From the NCBI GenBank assembly GCA_031835245.2, contig JAVKOQ020000001.1, forward strand, positions 620,001 through 684,000: a stretch of 64,000 bases of DNA. The letters are read 5' to 3'. Source of the DNA: Balamuthia mandrillaris. Taxonomy: Eukaryota. How positions within the stretch are numbered: position 1 is the stretch's first letter; the number at the start of each line of letters is the position of its first letter. Positions 1 through 9,908 of this stretch are shown piece by piece. Position numbers and translations under genes: made by a program. A model generated the notes under the pieces. The model worked only from the letters and a program-made list of their open reading frames with translations, had not been told where the DNA came from and searched no databases.

Positions 1-140
1 TGCACCCACTCCTCCCAATCCTGTCCATGTTGGTATTCCTCTTCTGCCGCAAGTTCTTCCCAATGCAGCCGCCTTCCCACCAGCAGCTCCTCCACCCCTT
101 GTTGTAATTCGGCCAGCAAGGCGCGTTCTCTGTCTTCCAT
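1..140 (-). CDS. 5' end of an unknown gene running off the window (partial)
   Basis: ATG at 140 opens an uninterrupted frame MEDRERALLAELQQGVEELLVGRRLHWEELAAEEEYQHGQDWEEWV to the window edge; divergent from the MORN gene. Confidence 0.55.
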   Translation of the reverse strand, partial: MEDRERALLAELQQGVEELLVGRRLHWEELAAEEEYQHGQDWEEWV

Positions 141-193
141 CTTTCTTCTTTTCTAAAATATTTTTTTCTTGGAAATATTTTGGGGGAGATACA

Positions 194-250
194 TGACATC
201 AGCGTTATTACGTCACAGCCTGTGACGTCACAGTCCGGACGGTGACGTGG
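194..250. promoter_or_regulatory. Cluster of CRE/ATF-like (TGACGT) motifs in a bidirectional promoter
   Basis: TGACATCA (194), TTACGTCA (208), perfect 14-bp palindrome CTGTGACGTCACAG (220-233) and TGACGTGG (243) lie within 60 bp, between divergent ATGs at 140 and 352. Confidence 0.45.
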
Positions 251-351
251 CTCCCGTATGACCCGACGTTAAATTTATCTAAAAAAGGGCAAAGGAAATC
301 AACCTTAAAAAACATTTGTTTTTTGTTTGGGGGGTGGGACGAGCAAAAGAC

Positions 352-3001
352 ATGAGTGACAACATGATAGAGGGCCTGCCTGTGGGAATGGAAAGTAACG
401 CGTCTGCTGCTGCTGCTCTTGCGGGTGCTGCTGGTGTGGATGGCAAGGAGGATGGCTCTGATCCCAGCGTGTCGAATGCTGGAAACGGTACCACGACCAG
501 GGCCACTCTCGACAACGCCAAGGAAGACGCCGAAATGGATACCCACCACAGCGCCGCTCAGCCCAGTTCAGAGGATGAACGAGCTTCTTCAGCTCCGTCT
601 ACTGTTTCTTCCTCTTCTTCTATCAATGCTTCCTCTTATGCCTCTTTCATAGATAACTACGCGACGGCAGCACTGGGAAAGCTCTTTGCCCGGACCGCCC
701 AACAAGAGGGCGACTACCAGGGAGACACCAACAATTGGAAACAACGCCACGGGCAAGGAACCTTGCACTACCGCAATGGCGACATCTATGAAGGACAGTG
801 GAAGGTTTGTGTTAAAACCATTATATTTTGTTCCTTTTGTTTACTTGGTGTTGTTTTTGTAGGATGACAAACGAGAAGGTCCGGGAAAGCTGGCTTATGC
901 TAATGGAGACGTCTATGAGGGCCAATTCGCAGGCAACAAGCGACAAGGACTGGGCAGGCTCACTTATGCTAACGGCGATGTGTTTGAGGGAGAGTTTTGG
1001 GATGACAAGAGGAATGGGCAAGGCACCCTCACCTCCAGCCAGGGAGAGGTGTTTAAGGGTCTTTACGTGGATGATAAGGCTGCCAATGATGTGGCTCTCT
1101 TGCGGCTTCCCAATGGAGATAGCTATTTGGGCACCTGGCGAAGTATGAACGCCAAGCTCCTCTCCTTTCTTTCTCCTCTGTTTTCTTTTCTTGCTCTCTT
1201 GACCTCTCTTCTAATATATGTGGTCATTTAGACGGACGTAAACACGGCTCTGGACGTTATGAATGGGCCAATGGCGAGAGCTACGACGGACACTGGGTAG
1301 CTGACAAGCGGGAAGGTCGAGGAAAGTTCATCTACGACAATGGCAACATATACACAGGCACTCTCTCTCTCTCTCTCTCTCATAATTACACTCTTGTTGC
1401 TCTTATTTATTTTATGTTCATCTTCAAAGGGTTATGGTCAAATGATCGTAGAGCACCTGGACAAGGACGAATGGAGTATGCCAACGGAGAGATATATGAC
1501 GGCACGTGGGACGGCGCGCAGCGTCCCCACGGCTGGGGGGAACGCACCTACCTTTGTGGCAACAGATACGAAGGTCCCTGGGTATGCGGTAAGCGCTCCA
1601 CCGAGGGCAGCGACCAACGTGGCAAATGCACTTATCATGATGGAAGCGTGTATGCTAGCGTGTTTGAGCTCCTTACCTGATTTTAGTTGTTCTGTTGCTT
1701 TTTAATGCTGTTTGTTCTTATTCTTCTCTCTTATAATATAACGGACACAAATAGGTATGTGGGTGATTGGAAAGATGACAAACGTGAGGGCCACGGAACT
1801 ATCCATTACCCCAATGGAGAGACCTTTGAGTGGGACTGGAAGCACGATGAACCTATAGATGGCGCCGGTGTATGGACTAACGCCAAAGGAGACTGTTACA
1901 AAGGCTTCTTTGTGGACAAGAAGCGAGAGGGACAGGGCTCTATCGTCTTTGCTGGTGAAGGTCCCACCTTTGAGGGTCTGTGGAAAGCAGGCAAACCTGA
2001 GGGCCGAGGTGTGATGAGCTATGGAAATGGCGCCAAGTACGAAGGCAACTGGCACGAGGGCAAGCCCACCGATAGTATTGGCAGAGCAACATATCCTGAC
2101 AGAAGCATCTACCTTGGCAGCTTTGCCAATGGAAGAAGGTACCGTTCAATTCATGGAAACACACTACTACCCAAAAAGCAAAACAAAAAGAATGAGACTA
2201 AAAACGCTTTCTATGGCACTGTAGACATGGCTATGGCATCTATTCCAAACCGGATGGCAGCAGCTATGAGGGGCATTGGCGGGATGGCCTTCAAGCTGAC
2301 ACTGGACGCCTCGTGTTCACCGATGGTTCCGTTTACAAGGGGCAGTTCCAGGGTGGCAAGCCCGAAGGGTATGGCGTGTGCACCTTTCCTTCCGAAGACC
2401 GTTACGAAGGACAGTGGAAGAACGGTACACATTCGATTTTCGAAGTGTTTAATTATACGTACTCAACGTTCCGTTATCCTCTTGTCTCCACTCCGTTTTA
2501 TCAACAGGTGTACGTCATGGAGTAGGATCAGAAGCTCATGGGCAAGGATTGGGTGTATACAAAGGGGTATGGCGGTTGGGCAAACGTCACGGCTGTGGTG
2601 TCTTTACCTGGCCTCATGGCAAGCTCTCCCTTCGCGAGTACGACATGGGCAAACTCCTCTCCGAGCACGACATCACAGAGGAAGAGTGCAGTGTGCTCTA
2701 CGAACGGCTTCAGGTGGAAGAGCCAGTCTCCGAGGCTCGCAAAGCGGAGGAAGAGGTGATTGCTCTGTCGGAGAAGAACGCGGAGGCACTTCGCAAAGAA
2801 CAAGAGCAATACGGAACGTTTAAGCAACCGAAAGAAACCCAAGGAGAAGGAGAAGGTGAAGATGATAGTGGCATCACTTTGTTTATATTCCCTTCTTGGG
2901 AGGATGGGGGAGAAGAGCAACAGAGGAACGGCAACATTCCTGTCATAAGAAGCACGGCCAAGGAAAAGGAGAAAGAACAGGAGAATTACCAGAACGAGTA
3001 G
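352..3001 (+). CDS. MORN-repeat protein (multi-exon)
   Basis: Many YxGxWxxxxxxGxG repeats (RHGQGTLHYRNGDIYEGQW, YVGDWKDDKREGHG, YEGNWHEGKP, YKGQFQGGKPEGYG) across exons joined by GT-AG introns and one GC-AG intron; acidic C-tail; stop at 3001. Confidence 0.9.
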
Positions 3002-3165
3002 GCGCGGCCGTTTCCTGGAATGGAGAAAAGAAAGCTTTATAATAAGTATAATAAAAACAAAAAATAACGAAAACCATATCTTTGGCTTTGCCCCAATCAT
3101 TATTCAAACTTTTTTTCGGAGAGTGTGAGAAGACAGCCTGTCCTGGCGAAGACGCCATCATCGTA

Positions 3166-4566
3166 ATGGAGAGAACGGTCACGTCGGAACTGTGGACGGA
3201 TGATGTTGTGGAACGCAGAACACCAGGAGGTCGTGCCCTACGTGTCGAGTGGGTGCCGCTCGACCGCATTCCCCTGCAAGAAGGCACCAACGAAAACAGC
3301 GAAAACCGCTTTTGCAACACCAACAACCATCACGAGCAATGCCCGCCCTCCTGGCGGCCTGTTGGCGGTCCTCGCTACCGTGCCCTCTACGAAAAGACCT
3401 CTGACTCCTACAACTACGACCGGTGGTACGGCAACATAGAGCTTGGGGCCTGCGTACTGGCTCTTTCTCCCAAGCAGACCATTGCCTTGGCGGAAGCCTG
3501 TCGCTCCTCACTTATCACAGGCAAGCCTCCTCAACAGCTCCAAGAAGAGCTGGACGAGATAGCTGCTCTTATAGACCAAGAAGTGATGGCTAAGAAGCAA
3601 GAAAGTTGCGGATACTTTGCAAAGTTGGATGCATGCAGCATGAAAGACTCGGTGGTTGCTGGAGGAGGGTTGAAGGAGTATACGAGAGGAAAAGACGTGG
3701 TGGAGGCCATCGTGGCCAGCAAGCGTTGTGCTCGTCGCCTTTTTGTAGCTCGAGATGCTCTTTTGAAGATATTCGACGAAGAAAACGAAGCACAGTCAGA
3801 AGAAGTTGATACAAAGAAGGTAGAGGAGAAAGAGAACCTTGAGGAAAGCTTTGGAGAATGCGACTTGTTTGGATATCATCCCGAAGAGGAAACGACTGCA
3901 AGAGATGAGAAAGACAAAGAAGAGAAAGAAAACAACCAAGAGTTGAAAGAAAGAAGAAACACAACCCTACATGAAGAAGAATGTGTAAAGTTGATATTTT
4001 GTAGATGGAAGAGAGAAATGGACAAGATGGGCGAGTTTAGATGTTTCGTGAAGCGTCAGAAAGTAGTCGCCATCAGCCAGTACTGTTGGTTTCGAGAAGG
4101 AGGAGGATGGTGGCAGAGACGAAGCTGTCTGCCAGAGGTCGCGGAAAGCATTCTTTGGTTGTGGGAAGAACTGAAGAAGCACGCTGATCTTCCTTTCAAA
4201 GACTGTATTATGGACGTTTATGTTGCAGAAGCAAACAAAAAAGAGCAAGAAGAACAACCAGATCCAGAACAAGAACACCGAAGAAGGAAAGCCAAAGGAA
4301 AAATACGGTATGCGAAATGGAAAGCAGAACTGGTGGAATTCAACCCATTTGGAGCACATTTAGGAGGTGGCTCTGCACTCTTTCATTGGCTGAACGACTG
4401 GAACATCTTGCACGGGCTCCCTCCCACTTCATCATCTTCCGATTCAGCACTGTATGAAGATGACGACGATATAACAGCGCAAACTGTCCAAGCAGAAAAC
4501 GAAGCGCAAGAGGACCCAACTTTGGTGTTGCGGTTAGTTGCTCCTCCAAACGCAATCCCAAGCTAA
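3166..4566 (+). CDS. CDC123/D123-like (R2K clade) ATP-grasp protein, intronless
   Basis: Motifs YFAKLDACSMKD, EFRCFVKRQKVVAISQY, CIMDVYV and LVEFNPFG...SALFHW match the CDC123-type ATP-grasp pattern. First ATG of the 494-aa ORF is at 3166. Confidence 0.8.
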   Translation: MERTVTSELWTDDVVERRTPGGRALRVEWVPLDRIPLQEGTNENSENRFCNTNNHHEQCPPSWRPVGGPRYRALYEKTSDSYNYDRWYGNIELGACVLALSPKQTIALAEACRSSLITGKPPQQLQEELDEIAALIDQEVMAKKQESCGYFAKLDACSMKDSVVAGGGLKEYTRGKDVVEAIVASKRCARRLFVARDALLKIFDEENEAQSEEVDTKKVEEKENLEESFGECDLFGYHPEEETTARDEKDKEEKENNQELKERRNTTLHEEECVKLIFCRWKREMDKMGEFRCFVKRQKVVAISQYCWFREGGGWWQRRSCLPEVAESILWLWEELKKHADLPFKDCIMDVYVAEANKKEQEEQPDPEQEHRRRKAKGKIRYAKWKAELVEFNPFGAHLGGGSALFHWLNDWNILHGLPPTSSSSDSALYEDDDDITAQTVQAENEAQEDPTLVLRLVAPPNAIPS

Positions 4567-4800
4567 TAGAAGAGGTGAACTCACCTCTCTAGCCTTCGAA
4601 CATGCCTCGGCAGCTATCTTGGGAAGCCTAGAATTCATTCGGGTGGTCATGTCGACACAAGAAGAGATCTCTTCTTGAAAATTCCATCGAAAAAGCAACT
4701 GAAATTTCGTTTTTAATAATTACAATTCTCCGACAAAAAAAAAATAAAATACAATAAAAGAAGAAAAAAAAGATAGGACACGAAAAACGGAACTGTTATA

Positions 4801-4985
4801 ATGCGCCGTTCAAACAAGCTTTGGAGCCTCTTGGGCTACGATCAGGATACCAACGAAACCGCCACCACGCCCCATGCCGCAATCGCCAATCCACAAAACA
4901 CGCCCTCCCCCCCTTCTTCTTCCCTTCGCTTGGAAGTACCGCCCCTGTCACCACGTCAACAAGGTTACATTTTGCTTTTGCTTTT

Positions 4986-5022
<37 letters not shown>

Positions 5023-6252
5023 CCCTCTCAAAAATGCGTTTGTGCAGTTCCTTCTCCTCATTTCATACTTATTTTTTTTTCCCTATGGCAAAAACCTATA
5101 TTACATTATAGCTTTTTATGGTTCTTCTCCGACAGAAGAGCTTTTGGTGTCGCCTCGCGGAGAACGTGCCCATAAGAGCGTGGAGGATCTGGAGGCCGAG
5201 AACAGCAAGCTCAAAAAGATGTATAGATACATACAGAACGCCAACAAGAGCAAAGACGAGGAGATAATCGAGCTACAGGGCCGCGTGGCGAAGCTGGAAG
5301 AGAAAGAGAGAAAAAGACTGCAGCTGAAGAAGAAGTATGCGCAACTGAGCGCTGAAATGACCGGCATGAAAAAGAGTTACGACAGTAGCATCGAAGGTTC
5401 ACTTTCCTTTTATTTTCTTGTAGCTCTCTCTCTCTTCTTAACTTCGTTTCTCTCTTCGTTCTCTTTTTGCTCTTTGCCTATCCTTTCGCCTCTCTATCTC
5501 TTTGCACATTTTTTCTCTCTCTGTGTTTGTTATGAGCAATGCTAATACTACTATTTGAAAAAACACAGAACTGCAGCAACGCATCACACAATTAAACAAT
5601 TCCGTGTTTCTTCTGCGACAGGATAGACAAATACTGGAAGATGAAGTCTATGAAGGACGTGGAAAAGTAGAGACCTTGCAAACTTCCATTGAAGAGGTAA
5701 TGCGTTGTTTTTATTTATATTCAGCAATGAAATGGCCACCTTTTCATTGCAGTAACCAACAATCCCTTCAAACAGATGAGGACATACCAATCGCAATTGG
5801 AAGAAACGTTGGATAATCTACGGCAAGAACTCCTCAAACTGTCTCACACCGAACTGAAGTAAGATTTTCTCGCCCTTCTTTTTTGCGCTTGTTGTTGGTT
5901 GTTCTTGTCATTGTTGTTTTTTCCATTTTTCTGTCAGTTACTTCTTCTATCATGCTTAGGAACTTCTTCTGTATTGAAAATATAGTGCCCGAAAGTTTGC
6001 CGCTAATTCTCGGTCTCTGCAAGATGCTCACTCCGACGCAGCGTTCAGATCGCGGTTTCACCTTCCTACGACTGAGTTCGTTGTAACAAGTATGTAAAAG
6101 GCTTCACTATTGCATTCAAGTTTGTTCCCGCTCTAAACTTTCTGAACCTGCAAGGTTTTTACTGCTGTTACAAATACATATATCATGGGTGGCTGTACAT
6201 AACACCCTCTTATGTTTGCTATGAGCCTGTTATGCTTGGAGGAGGTTTCTCT

Positions 6253-6307
<55 letters not shown>

Positions 6308-7053
6308 TTCACTAAAAACGTAGGTATTTTATGTTGCCTTTCTTATAGATTCTTCCCGGATAGTATTTCCTATCGACAGCATATCCGCCATTCATCTGGT
6401 AGGTTACTCTTCTGTGTTGCAAGTTCTTGATATTAACTTCCCACAACAAAGGCTCGGTTATTCTATTACATTCCAGTTGGAACTAACACTGGACTTGAAT
6501 TTGTTTTGAAAAGTGGCGCTGTATGTTATTCTCTTTTACCGTTTTCCTGCGGTTCTTCCTTCTCTCTTTTCTTATTCCTGTTATATGATTTTTACACAAA
6601 CAGAAATACTTCTTTGCCAACTTTGTCAACCGAGAAACAGTAGTGGCCAACTTACTCGCGCAAGCAAGAAACATTGGCCATTTCATCTCTGTGGACTTGC
6701 CCCCGCAGGTGCTAGGTCAGATAGCCAAGCAAATAACCTCTACCATTGGAACCAGCCCGAACGGAACCCCTAAAATCCGAATAGACGCTGGTACTGGTAC
6801 TGCTTCTTCTGGCTTCCTAACGCAACGTCGAGGATTGGTGGCTTCCGAAGAGGACTATGCGCAACCACTATTGCCATCAAGGGACAAGGAAAAGGAAAAG
6901 GAGAAGGAGAAGAAGAGTGCAGATAAGCCGTTTTGGGAGCACGAAGACACTCATGGCTACCTTCTCGCCCTTCCCAAAGAGCAAGAGTACACCAAGGAAA
7001 GCAACAACAATACCTCTTCCGTCAATGGCCCGAAGCGAAAGCTTACCATGTAA
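4801..7053 (+). CDS. Coiled-coil + GRAM-domain protein (multi-exon)
   Basis: Coiled-coil exons (VEDLEAENSKLKKMY...), then spliced FRSRFHLPTTEFVVTSFYCCYKYIYHGWLYITPSYVCYE, a GRAM signature, followed by KYFFANFVNRETVVANL. The 3' end is uncertain because a GTAAGG donor overlaps the stop. Confidence 0.75.
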
Positions 7054-7650
7054 GGAATGGGCGCGTTGCGATAAGAGATCGTCCCCCCTTTGGAAAAATT
7101 GACCAAGAGGGTGTATCCAGCCAACCCGAGAGCTCAGATGGCCGCTCTTTTGGAGGGAAGGTCATTTTTTCTGTTCTTACGCGCACAACCTCTGGAAACT
7201 CCCACACAGCCCCAACTCTTCCTTGGTCTCCCGCCCAATGAGGGGAACGGTCCTCTGGAAATTTCGCATCTCATCGATTCATAAATGAATTTTATCCTAA
7301 TATGGACGATGCTTTCTTTTTTGGTTTGGCTTTCCCGCCATTTTTCCACCGCCTCCTCAGGCTCTGCCTCCCGTTTCTTCGTTGAATTGGCCGCCACTTC
7401 CACTCACCACCGCTTGTTGTTATTATTTGCCCCTGTAGTTCACCATCATAAGTTCTCTTTTTTTTTTCCTTTCCATTTTTTTTTAACCATTACATCAACC
7501 AAAAAAAAAAAAAGGGGAGTCCTTTTTTTTGTTTTATTTTGCGGCTGTGGATACCACTCCAGCCATCGAAAAACAAGAAAGACTTCAGACTTTAAATCGG
7601 TTGAAGACTACAGGACCAGTAACAGGGAAAAAAAACAAACAAAAAATACG

Positions 7651-9759
7651 ATGAAAAGACATAGAGCAGCGACGTTGGCCAGCCGCTCGGAAAGGTGTCT
7701 ACCCAAACAGAGCTCCTCCTCCACCACGGCAAGGAGCAACGATGGACAACCTTCCTGGGCGGTGCCTTCTCTCCCGCTTCAGTCCACCCTTTCCTGCGGA
7801 GCGATGCCGAGAGTGCGAGCCAAATCCCCAACGACGCCTCCTTCTTACTTCTACGGGAGCGAGAGCTCTTCTTCCTCCTCCTCTTCGCACTCGGTGCCTG
7901 CTTCACCGAGGCTGATGGGAGGTGACACGAAAGACAAGATCAAGAAGAAAGAGGAGAAGCAGCAGAGGAAGAAGGAGAGAAAGTCTTTGGAGAAGAGAAA
8001 GAAAAGGGAGCAAAAGAAGAAAAAGCAACAGGACAAGAAGGAGGAGAAGGAAAGAAAGCTGAAGAGCAAGAAGGGCAAAGTTATCACCATGGGCGGCGGT
8101 CAGACGTGCTTTCGCTGTGGCCTTAAGATCGGTCTCTCCGGCGAAGGCTCCGAAAGCGAGGAGGAAGGAACGAGAGCAAGGCACGCGAACGGAGGTGGAG
8201 AGAAGGCCATCTACTTGAGCGGGCGTTACTGGCACCCAATGTGCCTCTATTGTATTCTCTGCGGAGAAGTTTTGTACAAAGAAGTCCTCGCCACCAACAA
8301 AACGACTACCACCACGCCAAGGAGCAGGAAGGACGAGAGAGAGCAAACCAAACCCAAAAAAGTATACTTGTTGGAGAACCAAACAGCAGATGATGTTCGA
8401 CTGGTTTGTAACAACTGCCACAAGAGCCGTGCCAAGCGTGAGGAGGAAAGAGTCCGGTTGGAGAGGAAGCAAAGGAGAAAGGAAGAAAAGGAGGTAGAAA
8501 AGGAAAACAGGAAGAACTACGGTTCCCGCAAACGCCGCAGCACCTCCTTTGGCACCTACGAAGAGCTCCTCTCTTCTTTCTCCTCTAGTAAGTTCATCAA
8601 TGACGATGAAGAACAGGATTCTACCACCGCCACTCCCACCCCGAGGCGTGTGCCTCAGTCTGGGTCTTTCATTCTTCCTTCCAAGGCATCAACCGATCGA
8701 AGGCAATTACATCCACAGAGAAGGGGCTCCGTCTTGCAGAGGCAGACCTCCTTCAGGACAGCTTTCCTCAGTCCTTCTTCATTCCTCATCGAAGCGAGGA
8801 ATGCCAGACGCAAGAAGAATGCCGAGAGAAAGCCTCTGCAAACTCTCCGTTGCTCAACTACCGAGGACGAATCCTCGCCATCTTCGTCGGCTTCCTCCTC
8901 ATCGACGACTACTCCTCGACAGCAGCTGGATCCATTCCCAGTTCCTCCTCTTTCTTTACCTACCGAAGAACCTTCTGTAATGATGACAACTGCCTTTGCA
9001 TTCGCTCCTCCTGCTCAACCTTTATCCTCTCCATCTTCTGCTTCTCCCGATCCAATGGACACCGTTCCTCTCTCCCCTCGTTCTCCTCGTTCTCCTTCTC
9101 CTTCACCTTCACCTTCACCATCACTCTCCCCTTCTGCTTCTGCAATCTCTTCGCCCTCCTCTCCATCTCTTACTCCTGTTTCTCCTTCTACGCCGTCTTC
9201 CAGCTCACCCAAAAACAACGACACCATAAATAAAAACAACAACAACCGACGAGAGCGTCAAACCGTCGCAAGACTGTTGATAAGCATTCGTAAGTCAGCG
9301 GAACGAGTGGAAAAAGAGCTATTGCTCACCGCCGAACACATCCAATCCGAACGAGACGCCAGCAATCTTCTCGCTCTGCTCTATCGCGCCACTACAAAGA
9401 TGGCTCAGGTTTACGCGGCCGCTTGTCAGCTTCACTCGGAGCGCCTTTGTTGCTCAGAGCGACTGACAAGGGCGTTAGTTCCGTTGATGGAGGCTGCTTC
9501 TGCCTTTGCCTCTCTTCAAGTATCTTCTACAGAGGAGGCCAAACGAGACAATGCAATGATTCTGAAGAAGCATTTGGTGTTCCTTCACGAGTTGCGTTTC
9601 TTCCTTAAAGCGCGCGAGGCAGAAGTGGAGGAAGATGAAGAGGAAGAGGAGGAAGGCGATGCAGCAGAAGCAAGGGGAGATTCGTTCTTGGTGAGGGATT
9701 TGCTCAAGATTGGAAACATTGTTCATCGAATGGAGAAAGCTTGTTGCTGTTCCAACTGA
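7651..9759 (+). CDS. LIM zinc-finger protein with S/P-rich linker and helical C-terminal domain, intronless
   Basis: CFRC...WHPMCLYCILC...CNNCH gives LIM ligand spacing with insertions. First plausible ATG (MKRHRAAT) follows an A-rich leader; the protein ends KACCCSN. Confidence 0.75.
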   Translation: MKRHRAATLASRSERCLPKQSSSSTTARSNDGQPSWAVPSLPLQSTLSCGAMPRVRAKSPTTPPSYFYGSESSSSSSSSHSVPASPRLMGGDTKDKIKKKEEKQQRKKERKSLEKRKKREQKKKKQQDKKEEKERKLKSKKGKVITMGGGQTCFRCGLKIGLSGEGSESEEEGTRARHANGGGEKAIYLSGRYWHPMCLYCILCGEVLYKEVLATNKTTTTTPRSRKDEREQTKPKKVYLLENQTADDVRLVCNNCHKSRAKREEERVRLERKQRRKEEKEVEKENRKNYGSRKRRSTSFGTYEELLSSFSSSKFINDDEEQDSTTATPTPRRVPQSGSFILPSKASTDRRQLHPQRRGSVLQRQTSFRTAFLSPSSFLIEARNARRKKNAERKPLQTLRCSTTEDESSPSSSASSSSTTTPRQQLDPFPVPPLSLPTEEPSVMMTTAFAFAPPAQPLSSPSSASPDPMDTVPLSPRSPRSPSPSPSPSPSLSPSASAISSPSSPSLTPVSPSTPSSSSPKNNDTINKNNNNRRERQTVARLLISIRKSAERVEKELLLTAEHIQSERDASNLLALLYRATTKMAQVYAAACQLHSERLCCSERLTRALVPLMEAASAFASLQVSSTEEAKRDNAMILKKHLVFLHELRFFLKAREAEVEEDEEEEEEGDAAEARGDSFLVRDLLKIGNIVHRMEKACCCSN

Positions 9760-9908
9760 TAACCTCCTTGTTTACGTGCTGTAGATATTTTTTTGAAACA
9801 TGAAGATAACTTCAGTATAGTAGTTTATTACTATTTGTTATAGCCACAAACTCACGTTAGAAAAGAAAAAGTGAACGGAGGGAATAAGAACTTCTTTCTG
9901 ATTATGGC

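Noticed and set aside
2998..3166. Possible splice fusion of the MORN gene to the R2K ATP-grasp gene through a GTAGGC donor overlapping the MORN stop
   Set aside because: The donor is phase 2, and none of the AG acceptors before the R2K ATG restores the frame; treated as two genes.
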